This document shows, piece by piece, positions 17,688-28,494 of a stretch of DNA of 41,655 bases. Below the pieces are notes generated by a model. The model was not told the DNA's origin and did no database searches. It saw only the letters and a program-made list of their open reading frames with translations. Source of the DNA: a virus (lineage: Duplodnaviria; Caudoviricetes); the IMG/VR virus record IMGVR_UViG_3300046779_000350, positions 1-41,655 of that record; one strand, 5' to 3'. The translations under genes and the position numbers were made by a program. Position 1 is the first letter of the stretch, and each line of letters opens with the position of its first letter.

Positions 17688-17807
17688 GCAACCTCACCCT
17701 TCTATTGTTGTTAGTTTCGTAGACCACAGTATCCATTCGGGGAAATGGGCTGGCTTCTACTCCTAGTCTTTTACGCCTGACGGGGCTAGTCGGTCCGTCT
17801 AGGGATT

Positions 17808-19037
17808 TTAAAATGCGCCAGCGTTACCTGACGACTGTCCTGTTCTCAAGCGACCAGAAGAGCCACCGAACTGTGCTTCTTCAAGTGCTGCCAATCTTTC
17901 GCGCTTACGCTTCTCAGATGCAGTGCCTTTGAATACTTCAGCCTCTGCTGCTGTGCGGTCATACTTGATACCACTCTCGTCATATATCTGACCAAGGAAT
18001 TCAGCCTGTGGTAGATAGCCAGAGATAGTTCCGTAACCAGCAATTGCCTCAGCCTTATCAACACCAAGTCTTGCAAGTTCTTCTGCAGTACCAAGTGATG
18101 TTCCAGATAGACCAGCACTTACTGCAGCACCGCTAATTTCAGCAGCGGTAGCCTTTGTCTTAAGTTGTTCTGAACCCTGTGTAGGGTCTAGGAAGTACTT
18201 AACTAGGTCTGTGTCATTAATTCCATATAGTGCTTTAAATGCATCCTTAGTATTAGCATCTGCATTTTGGACGCGTGATACGGCGGTTGAGATGCGTGAC
18301 TTGAATTCAACCGCAGATATGTCATTACCAATTACGTCAGCCATTTTCTGTTGGCGAGCAAGGCGAGATGTAGAATCTACAGCCACTCCAAAGTAATCTG
18401 ATAAACCATATGCACGAAGAGTCTCAGAGTAATCATTCTCTAGTTCTAGGTATGAAGCCTCATCAAGAACATTGAGTCCTTTAGATAGACGTAGGTCATT
18501 GCCCTTGAATCTATCCTTATAAGCCTGCTCTGTCTTCAACTTCAACTTAGCCTGCTCAACACCAAGGTCCTGCTCCATATAACCACGGATTACAGGAACA
18601 AGAGTCTCTAGACCATATGAACGAAACACTTCTTCTAGAAGTGCATAAGCATCTTCTGTTTCTTTAGAACGTGTCTTTTGGGTAACGGGAGTAAGCGGTG
18701 TCCATGGCTGTCCACCCATTGACTTAGAGATGTCTCCAGCGGCTTGACCAGCAACGTTTACATTAACAATATTCTGGTTAATCTCACCAACCGTTGTATC
18801 AATAGACTTAGAAATATCCTGAGCCTCTTTGATAATCTGAGCATAGTCAATAGCAGGAGACTGTGCAGAAACCTTGGCAGTATATGCATCTTTAACTGCA
18901 TTCTTATTTGCCTGTGTAGGATTCTTTTTAGCCGCATTTGCTGCACTTGTGTATGCAGCATCTGCTGCTATCTGCTGTGCAGACTTAGTTGCATTAAGTG
19001 AAGTGGAACTACCACCATCCATTGCTAAACGTGCCAT
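17808..19037 (-). CDS. Putative internal virion/ejection protein
   Basis: 409 aa, helical, one of three large genes between portal and scaffold; positional inference. Confidence 0.55.
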   Translation of the reverse strand: MARLAMDGGSSTSLNATKSAQQIAADAAYTSAANAAKKNPTQANKNAVKDAYTAKVSAQSPAIDYAQIIKEAQDISKSIDTTVGEINQNIVNVNVAGQAAGDISKSMGGQPWTPLTPVTQKTRSKETEDAYALLEEVFRSYGLETLVPVIRGYMEQDLGVEQAKLKLKTEQAYKDRFKGNDLRLSKGLNVLDEASYLELENDYSETLRAYGLSDYFGVAVDSTSRLARQQKMADVIGNDISAVEFKSRISTAVSRVQNADANTKDAFKALYGINDTDLVKYFLDPTQGSEQLKTKATAAEISGAAVSAGLSGTSLGTAEELARLGVDKAEAIAGYGTISGYLPQAEFLGQIYDESGIKYDRTAAEAEVFKGTASEKRKRERLAALEEAQFGGSSGRLRTGQSSGNAGAF

Positions 19038-20539
19038 TATGCCATCAATCCGAATGACTTAAGGATGTCTGTTGCATAGTTTGCAGCCTCTTCCTTAGCA
19101 TTCTTTGTTTTAGCCCATGCTGGGTTCTGACGTAGTTTCTTATTAAAGTCTGTCATTGTCATGTTGCCGTTAACAGCATCTTGAATATCGGCATCAAAGA
19201 CATCCATTGTGTCCTCTGATAGTTCAAGTGTCTTAGCCTTTTGCCATAAATAATTGCCAGCAAGTTCCTTAACGCTGACGTTCTCGCTAATCTTGTCAGC
19301 GATACCCTTGTAGTTGGACTTAGCAATCTCAACAATCTTCTGCTTTGTTGACTGAATATCTTGACCAGTACGTAGGTTGTTGGCTACATAGTTAATAGCC
19401 TGCTCGCGTGATAGACGGATGCCGTACTGGTTTGCAGTCTCCATAATGTAATCAACATTCTGTGATGCAGCAGCACCGCTCTTCATGAGCGTATCTAGGT
19501 CTGTTCCCTTAAGTGCATTACCAGCAACCTTACCCATAATAAGAGTACGGTCTGTATCTGTAAGCAACTGTCCCTTGGTTACTTGACCAGATTCAGTTGT
19601 TGTTGTGTATCGAATAGCCTTTGACTCAGCAGCATGGAGCATCTTGTAGTACTCATCATGCTCTGCCTTTGTCGCACCGCGACCAAAGTACTGCATAAAA
19701 AACTGGTTAGCCTCATCTGCAGCATCCTGACGTGTGGTCTGAACCATGTCATATGTGGTCTTAGATGTCTTGCCGCTCTTAAACTCTGTATCAAGAAATG
19801 TACTAAATGTTAGTGGTTCTGTTTTACCATATACCTTGTAATCATTTACAGCCTTAATTGAATACTGGTCAACTAGGTACTTAAGTGACTTACCAAAGTC
19901 TGGAGCAGAGATGTTCTTAGCATCATATGTTTCTTTGCTGATTCCTCCAGTGTTGTATAACTTTAGGAATAGCGCGTCTAAACCGCCAGGTGTAACACGT
20001 GCATCAAGAAGAATCTTGTCGCGCACAGCATTGTAATCTGCAGAGATAGAGATATTATTGTCTGTCTTTACAGCCTTGCTTGGTCGTCCCAAACCAGTAG
20101 GTTTATTAAAGTTAACGCCAGAAGACATGTAGATATACATAGGAACTGCTTCATTTGAACCAGTCTGCATTCCACGCACTTCTTGTGCGCCATTCTCATC
20201 TGTATCAACACCCAAGGTGTATTTTTTAATATTAGAGCCAAATGGGTCATTGATTGCTTCTGCTTCCGCAGTAGTTGCATCAGCCTTCTTTTGCTTTGCA
20301 GCATCGCTCTTAGCCTTAATAGGAGCAATCTGGCGTGCTTCTTCTACCGTAGCACCTTTAGAAATGTAATTACTATAAGCAGCATCATAGACTTCTTGCC
20401 ATGTTCCATACTTGCCAATAGGAATTGGAGCATTTGCTTTATCCCAAGCAGAAGGACGACTGTTGCCACCATTGGCTGCAAGTTGCCTATCAGCCCACTG
20501 AAGCGCATTAGCCGCAGTTGTTTTATCTATAGTTGCCAT
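19037..20539 (-). CDS. Putative internal virion/ejection protein
   Basis: 500 aa, helical, translationally coupled to the next gene. Confidence 0.55.
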   Translation of the reverse strand: MATIDKTTAANALQWADRQLAANGGNSRPSAWDKANAPIPIGKYGTWQEVYDAAYSNYISKGATVEEARQIAPIKAKSDAAKQKKADATTAEAEAINDPFGSNIKKYTLGVDTDENGAQEVRGMQTGSNEAVPMYIYMSSGVNFNKPTGLGRPSKAVKTDNNISISADYNAVRDKILLDARVTPGGLDALFLKLYNTGGISKETYDAKNISAPDFGKSLKYLVDQYSIKAVNDYKVYGKTEPLTFSTFLDTEFKSGKTSKTTYDMVQTTRQDAADEANQFFMQYFGRGATKAEHDEYYKMLHAAESKAIRYTTTTESGQVTKGQLLTDTDRTLIMGKVAGNALKGTDLDTLMKSGAAASQNVDYIMETANQYGIRLSREQAINYVANNLRTGQDIQSTKQKIVEIAKSNYKGIADKISENVSVKELAGNYLWQKAKTLELSEDTMDVFDADIQDAVNGNMTMTDFNKKLRQNPAWAKTKNAKEEAANYATDILKSFGLMA

Positions 20540-20548
20540 TTAGTCCTC

Positions 20549-23500
20549 TTATGATGTGTATGAATCGCGTGAATAGTAATCAAGAATTGCACTAAATATA
20601 GCGCGGTTTGCTTCTTTAACGCTTAGGTCTTGTGTTGCAAGTTGAGCAATCATCTGCTCAATAGCCAACTTACGGTCACGCTTTAGTTGTGTGAAGTTTT
20701 CTGCATTACGAGCAGCAGGGTCCTTTGACATATTGACAAACGAACGCATCTGATTTGTAAGAATCAGCAACTTGGAACGTGTTCCAGGTTTAACTTCAAT
20801 GCTTGTGTTTGCCAACATCTCTTCAAGACTATCAAGCATCTCTTCTTCAGTAGCAATCTCGTTGCCACCTGCAGTAAGCGAAGCCTCAAGTAATGGATTA
20901 GATGCCTTAAGCATCTTACGCTTTGCTGTAGCCTCTTCAATAATAGCCTTACGTGCTGTGCTGCTTATAGTCTGACCAAGTAAACGCTTTTCGTCACGTG
21001 CAATGTTGTAGTAAGCCTGCTTATCTTGACCCACCATTACGTCAACAAAGTACTTTTCAACTGTCTTATCCTGTAATAGGTCTGCAGCCTCTAGCCAAGC
21101 ATATGTAGCGGCATCAAATTCACCAGTACGTGGTGCAAGAATAAATGCAGCCTGACCATACTTGTCGATTAGACCCTTGTTTCCAATAGCCCAATCCTTC
21201 AAAGCCTTAGTCTTTTGAATCTGTACCTTAGTTGTCTTCTCATCACGGGCAATTGTATATACCAACTTACCTGGATACTTACCCATGAATGTAGCAAGTG
21301 CTAGTTCATATGGGTCCTGTACATCTCCACCATACTTCTTTGTTACTGCATCTACTAGGTCAAAGAACTCTGCACGTAGTGTAACAATTCCGACTTCCTT
21401 AAGATAGTCTGGAACGCCTACACTCTCTTGCATTGTAGGAGCAATTGGAGCAAATAGTCCAAGTGCTGACTTCATAGCAATGATGTTGTGAGCAGAGATA
21501 CGGATATTCTTTAGGTATTCGTACTTCTCTTCCTGTGTTGCATTAGGTCCAAGCATGCGTCCTTGAGACGCATTGTAAGCAATAGCCTGCATAGCAGCAG
21601 TTGATTCTTGCTTATCCTTTTCGTTTGCATCTACAATCTTCCAGACCTTCTGCAATGAAGATGGAACAAGAGCACGAACAATATCCATGCCTTCGCCAAT
21701 GTTTCCAAGAGCAAGGTTGTCTAGTTCTTCTGCAGCCTTCTGTCCAGTTGCACCAGTTCTGCCTAGAACCGACTTCATTCCAAGCACACCAAGTGCAGCA
21801 ATTGGACCTGACAATGTAGGTAAACCCGCATCTGGTGAGAATGATGGGTTAGCAAGTTTCAACTTAAGTGTGAAGTCATTAAAGATTGGCTGCTGGAATG
21901 CACCTTCACCAGTAAGGTTACGGATAGTTCCATCAACTGTCTTAAAAATAATGTCATCCATAGGCATCATTACATATGGGTCGCCCTTGGCATCTGAATA
22001 AATCATGCCAGCAGAGTTAAGACCAAGATGCGCTAGGCGCATACGGTATAGAACGCGTGGTGCTACATCCTGTAGACGGTATGTTCTGCGCCAGAAGTCT
22101 TCTGTTGCACGATAGAAGCGACCTACGTTACGAGCAGATAGAGCAAAGTTAGTTCTGATAAGTGGGTTATCTGCGTACTTTAGAACTGTATCTGTAGCCT
22201 GATTGATAGCAATCTCGACATACTTACGAGTAACCTGTTCTTTAATATCTTCTTTAAGCGCATCAATACCACGACGACCAGTACCACCATTGTTCTTAAT
22301 AAACTGTGCAAGAACCTTGGCTTCTTCTTCTGCCTGTAGTTTAGATAAATTCTTACGAATGCGTGTGTATGCAATCATAACTGCTGGCTGACGGAACATC
22401 TCTGTAACCTGGCTATCCATAAACTCAAAAGCCTTGTTACCTAGACGCTTATAGACGTTCTCCATATCAGTCAAACCTTCAATATTTAACTGAGAGTACA
22501 TACGACCTGTTGGCTGGAATCCCTTAGTAGCCTTTTCAAACTCGTCAAATGTAAGAGACTTGGTTGCTCGACGCAACTTATCTGGAACAGTTACAAGTTT
22601 TTCTACTTCTAAATCTGTCAAGTCTTTCTGACGTGACTTGATAAGGTTATATAGACCAGTATTAAAGTTATCTGAAGAACCATGGAATGTCTGATACAGG
22701 TCAAGAAGAATACGGTCTACTTGGTCAGCAACAATCTCTGCGCGTGGAACACCACGCTGCATAAGTTCGCTTGAGCGAGAAGACATCTTAATGAATTCAT
22801 TAACAGCATCTGCGTCTTTGATTACCCATGCTACGTTTTTAGATACTGAATCTAGGCTTTCATCGCCAATAACACGTGCCAAATCATCATTGCGTTCTAC
22901 GCCAATTGCAGATAGTGCCTGCTCTTTAGCGCGGCGGAAGTCAGCAGTTGTTTCTAGTGCGTTATTTTCTAGGAAGTTACGGGCTGGGTCAAATGTTCTA
23001 TCACCATTTGTTCCCTTTAACTCTTTGCGATTCCCATAGAAACGCTTAATAAAGTTCTCAAAGTGAACTACCGCTACACCACGACCATTAAGGATAGATG
23101 CTCTATCTAGGTCATATGTGCTAAGTACGTTATCTGTTTTGCCAGATACAATGTCAAGGTCCTTGAGCATCAAATCAAAGTTGTTCATATCAATTAGATT
23201 CTCAACAACATCATCAGCCATACGACCTGTTAGTGATGCTGAACCAGCCATAGAACGTGCTGTAGAACTAAGGATATGGGCTCCATGAGCAAGTCCTTCT
23301 ACAAGATACTGTGCCTCTTCTGAGTCAGCACCATGGAATAAACGTGTTGCTTCCTTAGCAGTTGCAGTAGCAACGTCAACTTTGCTTAGAAGGTCTTCGC
23401 TAATGCCTTTGCTTTCAGCAAGTTCGCTGCGAATCTGTAAGCGACGTTCAATTGATAGCGCATCAGATGCGCGAGTACCAGTTACACCAGCAAGAGTAGA

Positions 23501-25624
23501 ACGTAGACCTTCAGCATGCTTGCTTCCAGTGTGTGCTGTAGCAATCTTGCCTAGTTTATGTCCCTGACGTGTAGCATATCGGAATATATCAGCACCTGGT
23601 GCTGTAAGCAGGAACATAATTCCTTCATCAATACCACTTCGAATACCCAAACGTGGGAATAGCGTCAGCAATGACCAAGCATTTACGAATTCACCAGCAG
23701 TATGTGACTGTGTAGCACCGCCCATAGCCATAAGCAAGTTCTTTTTGCTCTTAATATTAGCAACAGTCTCTGCAATCTCCATAAAGTCTAGAGATGCAAC
23801 ACCCTTTGCTTCTTGGAATGGATGAATAATGCCAGAAGTTTCGTACTCTAGTCCAGAATCATGGCGCTTAAGTCCAGTTAGTCCTACTTCATCAGCAAAC
23901 TTAGGGTTTACTTCTAGTTTAGATACAACTGCTAGACCCTCTTTGTCACCGAACTTGCTCTTGAGAGTCTTCTCAATAAGTTCCATGCCCTTTGGGTGTC
24001 CATCAAGACCATACTTCTGCATAATTGCAAAGTAGGTATTACGCAAAATAATAATCTGGTCATTAGCATCTGCACGAACAAACTTGTAAGTCAGAAAATC
24101 TGCAACATCTCTAGGAACAACCTGGCGAAATGTGTCACGGACAACATCCGCAGTCTTCATAGAGTCTTCGCCAATCATAATATAGCGACCCTGTGTTGTG
24201 CGACCAAACTTCTGAGCGAGTTTTTCTCGCTTTGACATTTGATTCCAGAACTTCTTTACTTCTGTAATCTCTTCAGGAACAATTGCGTTCTCATCCTTAC
24301 CTACCTTGGTAAAGATTTCCCATGCATCCTTGCCCTGCTTTTCAATTTCATCAACTGATTTTGCTGGATTAAAAAAAGCATCTGCATAACGTGACAAGCC
24401 AGCCTCTAGTCGGCGCTGGTTGCGAGCAGTAGCAATGCCATTACGGAAATACTGAACTCCATCTACCTTGCCAGATAGCAATAGTGGTACGTTCTCTACT
24501 TCAGAGAAGTAGTTAACTGCAGCCTTTGCGTCATAAATTTCATTACGGACAAGCATGTCAATTGCTTCATCGTTGTTGTAACCAGGAAACTTATTACCTA
24601 GTTCACGACGTGCAACAGTTTTTTCTGCCGTAGTAGGGGCATCTGCAATCTTCTTAACAGCCTTGCCAATACCTTCATCCCAAAGTTTGACTACATCTGG
24701 TTCTGTGCGGAAGATTTCACGCACACCAGCAGTGCCACGTTCTGCAACTGTCTGAGCAAGTCTGTCACCGCGTGACATAAATTTAGAACCAAGCATAGGC
24801 AACTTAGATAGACCGCCACTTATGTAAGTAAATGGGTCAATAGCCAACTGATACATAAAGTCAATAGCGCCAGAAACATTCTTTGTCTTGCCATCAATGT
24901 AGTCCTGATGCAAGTTAGCCTTTAATGGCTTGCTGTCAAACATACGAGCAATGTCACGACCAGGTGAAACCTGTGCATACTTAACGCCATCAAGAACTTG
25001 TTTAAATGAATCTGGGTCGTTGTAAGCCTTCTGCAGTGACTTGAGTAGAGCCTGGTCTACTTCACCGTACTGCTCAACAATCTGCCCTGGCTTTAAGCCA
25101 GCAATTAGACCCTGTGCAACTTTAACGTCTGATTCACCAAATGCAGCCGTGGCTTCTTTAAGAGCGCCTTGGTCGTAGATGTTCTTTCCGTCCCAAGCAT
25201 CCTTAAAAGTCTTAATGCTGAATAAATCTTTTCCTTGTGCAACTTGTCGTCCAACCAGATACGGTGTATTGATTACACGGTTATATGCACCCATAACCTT
25301 AAATAGACCAATCAAAGGAGATGCTGCAGTCTTGGCTGTAAAGCCAATAGCACCTACAACTTTGTCGCCAAATGTTTCTGGGTCTTTTGCATAGTCAGCA
25401 TCTGGGTATAGGAACTTAATCTTTTCCTGAACCTCTGGTGCAAGAGAAGCAAACTGCTTACGTCCTTCCTCAGAAGGAAGTTTCATAAGGCTGCGATTCT
25501 TGTCTACAGTCCAGCCAAGTTGTTCTAGTTGTGAAACTTGACCTGCTGGAAGATTAGCCTGCTGTGCTGCTGCATAAATATTAGGGCTAAGTTTGCTTAC
25601 AATGTAATTAACTTTTGTTGCCAT
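20549..25624 (-). CDS. Large putative internal virion/ejection protein
   Basis: 1691 aa, largest ORF, no tape-measure periodicity. Confidence 0.6.
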   Translation of the reverse strand: MATKVNYIVSKLSPNIYAAAQQANLPAGQVSQLEQLGWTVDKNRSLMKLPSEEGRKQFASLAPEVQEKIKFLYPDADYAKDPETFGDKVVGAIGFTAKTAASPLIGLFKVMGAYNRVINTPYLVGRQVAQGKDLFSIKTFKDAWDGKNIYDQGALKEATAAFGESDVKVAQGLIAGLKPGQIVEQYGEVDQALLKSLQKAYNDPDSFKQVLDGVKYAQVSPGRDIARMFDSKPLKANLHQDYIDGKTKNVSGAIDFMYQLAIDPFTYISGGLSKLPMLGSKFMSRGDRLAQTVAERGTAGVREIFRTEPDVVKLWDEGIGKAVKKIADAPTTAEKTVARRELGNKFPGYNNDEAIDMLVRNEIYDAKAAVNYFSEVENVPLLLSGKVDGVQYFRNGIATARNQRRLEAGLSRYADAFFNPAKSVDEIEKQGKDAWEIFTKVGKDENAIVPEEITEVKKFWNQMSKREKLAQKFGRTTQGRYIMIGEDSMKTADVVRDTFRQVVPRDVADFLTYKFVRADANDQIIILRNTYFAIMQKYGLDGHPKGMELIEKTLKSKFGDKEGLAVVSKLEVNPKFADEVGLTGLKRHDSGLEYETSGIIHPFQEAKGVASLDFMEIAETVANIKSKKNLLMAMGGATQSHTAGEFVNAWSLLTLFPRLGIRSGIDEGIMFLLTAPGADIFRYATRQGHKLGKIATAHTGSKHAEGLRSTLAGVTGTRASDALSIERRLQIRSELAESKGISEDLLSKVDVATATAKEATRLFHGADSEEAQYLVEGLAHGAHILSSTARSMAGSASLTGRMADDVVENLIDMNNFDLMLKDLDIVSGKTDNVLSTYDLDRASILNGRGVAVVHFENFIKRFYGNRKELKGTNGDRTFDPARNFLENNALETTADFRRAKEQALSAIGVERNDDLARVIGDESLDSVSKNVAWVIKDADAVNEFIKMSSRSSELMQRGVPRAEIVADQVDRILLDLYQTFHGSSDNFNTGLYNLIKSRQKDLTDLEVEKLVTVPDKLRRATKSLTFDEFEKATKGFQPTGRMYSQLNIEGLTDMENVYKRLGNKAFEFMDSQVTEMFRQPAVMIAYTRIRKNLSKLQAEEEAKVLAQFIKNNGGTGRRGIDALKEDIKEQVTRKYVEIAINQATDTVLKYADNPLIRTNFALSARNVGRFYRATEDFWRRTYRLQDVAPRVLYRMRLAHLGLNSAGMIYSDAKGDPYVMMPMDDIIFKTVDGTIRNLTGEGAFQQPIFNDFTLKLKLANPSFSPDAGLPTLSGPIAALGVLGMKSVLGRTGATGQKAAEELDNLALGNIGEGMDIVRALVPSSLQKVWKIVDANEKDKQESTAAMQAIAYNASQGRMLGPNATQEEKYEYLKNIRISAHNIIAMKSALGLFAPIAPTMQESVGVPDYLKEVGIVTLRAEFFDLVDAVTKKYGGDVQDPYELALATFMGKYPGKLVYTIARDEKTTKVQIQKTKALKDWAIGNKGLIDKYGQAAFILAPRTGEFDAATYAWLEAADLLQDKTVEKYFVDVMVGQDKQAYYNIARDEKRLLGQTISSTARKAIIEEATAKRKMLKASNPLLEASLTAGGNEIATEEEMLDSLEEMLANTSIEVKPGTRSKLLILTNQMRSFVNMSKDPAARNAENFTQLKRDRKLAIEQMIAQLATQDLSVKEANRAIFSAILDYYSRDSYTS

Positions 25625-26046
25625 TAGTATCCTTCGTCAACAAGAGTTCTGTAAATAAGTTCTGTATCTCCACTAGGGTCGAAGCGAATAAGTTCACGTA
25701 AAGTATCAGCAAGTGTCTTGTTATTTGATGGTCGGTCCATCATAACTTCAGACCCTGGTCCTGCACCCATGTTAATACCAGCGGTAATTGGTTCATCTGG
25801 ACGGCTTGTTGGAGCCATCAAAGGTGTAGGCAATTCCATTACTGGTGGTTTAGGTGTTGGTGCTGCTGCAGCCATAGGAGCAGCAGTCTGCTGGTCGTAT
25901 GTTGCGCGACCTTCACCGTAAGGTAGTCCAGAAATATACTTAGCGCCTTGCGCTGGTCCACCATCTGTTCGCTGTGATAGCGAACCAGGACCTGATGTAG
26001 GTGCTGGGTTTGCTGGCTTGCGGTATCCGCCTCTTGTTTCAGCCAT
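25624..26046 (-). CDS. Pro/Gly-rich conserved structural-region protein
   Basis: RGGYRKP.NPAP.SGPG.LSQRTDGGP, RPDEPITAG; coupled to its neighbours. Confidence 0.8.
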   Translation of the reverse strand: MAETRGGYRKPANPAPTSGPGSLSQRTDGGPAQGAKYISGLPYGEGRATYDQQTAAPMAAAAPTPKPPVMELPTPLMAPTSRPDEPITAGINMGAGPGSEVMMDRPSNNKTLADTLRELIRFDPSGDTELIYRTLVDEGY

Positions 26047-26294
26047 TAGTCATCATCCTCATCATCATATGGAATATTATCAATTTTGTTTGGTAGGTCT
26101 GGAATAATCCAGTTAGGGTAAGACTCAACATCCTGAATCATTGCAAGTGCAACTGCCTCTGAGAAACCTGCTACGCGTAGCGCCTTAAAGTATTCATTGA
26201 TTGCAATGCAGTGCTTTTCTAGCGGAGAGTAATCATCATTAAGAACTGTCTGTACTTTTGTCTTACGTACTGGCTTCTTACGTGCTGCTGCCAT
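26046..26294 (-). CDS. Hypothetical protein (basic N-terminus, acidic C-terminus)
   Basis: GGAGG RBS before the ATG at 26294; EYFKALRVAGFSEAVAL. Confidence 0.8.
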   Translation of the reverse strand: MAAARKKPVRKTKVQTVLNDDYSPLEKHCIAINEYFKALRVAGFSEAVALAMIQDVESYPNWIIPDLPNKIDNIPYDDEDDD

Positions 26295-26304
26295 GATTCC
26301 CCTC

Positions 26305-28050
26305 CTATAGTACTTGTTGTTGTCTAATCTGTGCTGAACCTGATGCTTCACCATTTGAACTCAAGCGGCTAAGAAGCATTTGCAAATCTGGTCGCGCCTG
26401 TGCAGGAGCGCCTCCTACTGGAGCGCCAGGAGCAGAGGGGACGGGTTGCTCAACTGCAGCCCCAGCAGGAGGATTCTCTGGTGTAAACACTTCCTCGATA
26501 ACATCCTCAATCTGTCTACCTTCTTTACGTCCCTTGATTGCCATAGCAATCTTCTGAATGATAGGTAGAGGGTCTTGTCCCTGAGAAGCCATCTGTGGAA
26601 TTGTTTGTGTATATGCTTGCAGAGAACCAATGAGAGCCTTACGAAGTTTTTCAACTTCAATCTTCTCTTGTTCCTGTGTGACGTTAATGCCAAACGGCAT
26701 TTCTCGTTGAGCCAAGTCAACTGAGATTAAATCGCCACCCAATGCCTGAAGCATAAAAATAAGTCCCTGTGCTGGATTAAGTCCAGCCAGCATGCCGTAA
26801 CGTACATCTGCAGAATAGTCGCCCTTAATATTCTTAGATGGTGTGTACTCAAGTGCATATGGTGCACCAGCATCTACGCCACGAATTGTTTTCTTTTCAT
26901 CAAATACTGTTTCGTCAACTTCAAAGCAAGTTGAAATAACATTCTTAAGTGCTGAGGCAAAGATAGCCTGAGCAGACTTAACCTGTGTATCGAATCCACC
27001 CATGAGTGCTTGCACACCCTGACCAGTAATAATTGACGCATCAACATTACCAGTACGTGATTCTGGGTAGCGTGTTCCTGTGCGCAGTTCTTGCTGCAGA
27101 ATCTGCTGCTCGTTAAATGCACCAGCAGGGATAGGAAGTTCTACACGGCGAACTCCAGCAGGGTTATTTGTGCGGATGACTCCATCGCCACCAAACTCAA
27201 ACTCCTGCACATCACTAGGCAAGACAATTGGTGACTGTACTGACTTCTCTGCTGCTTCCATTGCAAGTAATGCAAATCGGTTACGAAGCAACTGAATACC
27301 AAGTACATCGTCAAACTGTCCACGCATCTCTCCATCAACAGATGGACGGCGTGCAATGTGTACTAGCATCTTGTTGAGCGGGTTAGCCGCTACAGATACT
27401 GCGTAGTTTCCACGGTCTGGAATATAAATTACAGACTGTTCCTTATCGTAGTATCGAATAACAGTTAGATAACCATTCATGTCCTGGTCATAACCGTCAT
27501 CCCCAAGAATGCCAGCCTCATGCTCAGGGAACTGAGCAATTAGTTCTGCCATTGTCATGCGGTACTTCTTAGCAAAAGCAATGCAGCGCCCATAGCGGTC
27601 ATACTCTGGGTAAGCACCTACAGGGTTTTCTATGCGAATGCGCGGCAGTTTTGCTTCTTCGTCGAACTCAATGATGAATGGGACGAAACCAAATGTGATG
27701 TACCAGTCTGCACCAGTATACATCTGCACCTGTAAATCTGAATTAATGAAGTAGTTAGCAGCAATACGTGTACGTGTATCTGCAAACTTACGAGATTTAT
27801 CTTCTACCTGATTAATTGCAGAGCAGTTAATTGCTGGAAGCGGAGCCATTACTTCCGATAGGTCGCGTGCAACAATATCAATAAAGTTTGCAACTACGTT
27901 TGCATCTACTCCTTCTGGGAAGAAGTCAGGATAAACGCTTGAAATTTGTCCGCGACGTACTGCTAGGACATCTTCATGTCGTGAGTCGCGCTCGCGTGCG
28001 CGGTGTTTTAGCGACTCAACACGCGCCGCAATCTGCTTAACTGATAACAT
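26305..28050 (-). CDS. Portal protein
   Basis: 581 aa downstream of terminase; VVANFIDIVARD, helical clip/crown character, Gln/Pro-rich C-terminus. Confidence 0.85.
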   Translation of the reverse strand: MLSVKQIAARVESLKHRARERDSRHEDVLAVRRGQISSVYPDFFPEGVDANVVANFIDIVARDLSEVMAPLPAINCSAINQVEDKSRKFADTRTRIAANYFINSDLQVQMYTGADWYITFGFVPFIIEFDEEAKLPRIRIENPVGAYPEYDRYGRCIAFAKKYRMTMAELIAQFPEHEAGILGDDGYDQDMNGYLTVIRYYDKEQSVIYIPDRGNYAVSVAANPLNKMLVHIARRPSVDGEMRGQFDDVLGIQLLRNRFALLAMEAAEKSVQSPIVLPSDVQEFEFGGDGVIRTNNPAGVRRVELPIPAGAFNEQQILQQELRTGTRYPESRTGNVDASIITGQGVQALMGGFDTQVKSAQAIFASALKNVISTCFEVDETVFDEKKTIRGVDAGAPYALEYTPSKNIKGDYSADVRYGMLAGLNPAQGLIFMLQALGGDLISVDLAQREMPFGINVTQEQEKIEVEKLRKALIGSLQAYTQTIPQMASQGQDPLPIIQKIAMAIKGRKEGRQIEDVIEEVFTPENPPAGAAVEQPVPSAPGAPVGGAPAQARPDLQMLLSRLSSNGEASGSAQIRQQQVL

Positions 28051-28075
28051 TATTGTCCTAACGATTGATTAAAAA

Positions 28076-28492
28076 TTACTTAGACTTCTTTTTTGCTACT
28101 TTGCTAGCCTTTGTTGGCTTGTTAGCAGCCTTGAGTCCACGGGCATTAGCCTTTACTTCAGCCTTTGACAGGCTAGTTGTAAGTCGAGCATTTTGATTTA
28201 TTACTTGTACTGCACCACCACGAATAAATGATTTACCAGATGGTGAAACAGTATCTTTAATCTTTACATTCTTGCTAATAGATGTGTCTTTTCCATAGCG
28301 ATACTTCATGCTTGGAGACTTTCCTACAACAAGAGAATTTCTTTTTGCGGATGAACCAGAAATTGGTACATCTAAAGATTGACGTGAAGCGTCTTTTCCA
28401 GCGGTCTTCTTACGAATAACCTTGCCAACCATCTTTGATGCACGGCTGATTCCTGAACCACCGCCTACTTCTGAAAGTTTTGAACTGCGCAT
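28076..28492 (-). CDS. Basic K/S-rich protein
   Basis: 138 aa ending KANARGLKAANKPTKASKVAKKKSK. Confidence 0.65.
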   Translation of the reverse strand: MRSSKLSEVGGGSGISRASKMVGKVIRKKTAGKDASRQSLDVPISGSSAKRNSLVVGKSPSMKYRYGKDTSISKNVKIKDTVSPSGKSFIRGGAVQVINQNARLTTSLSKAEVKANARGLKAANKPTKASKVAKKKSK

Positions 28493-28494
28493 AA

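Noticed and set aside
17781-17790. 8-nt complementarity between the scaffold leader (CTAGCCCC) and the terminase RBS region (GGGGCTAG)
   Set aside because: An 8-mer match is expected by chance in 41 kb, and part of it is already paired locally.
20549-25624. Tape measure protein or virion RNA polymerase
   Set aside because: No tape-measure periodicity or upstream tail chaperone pair; no recognisable polymerase catalytic motifs.
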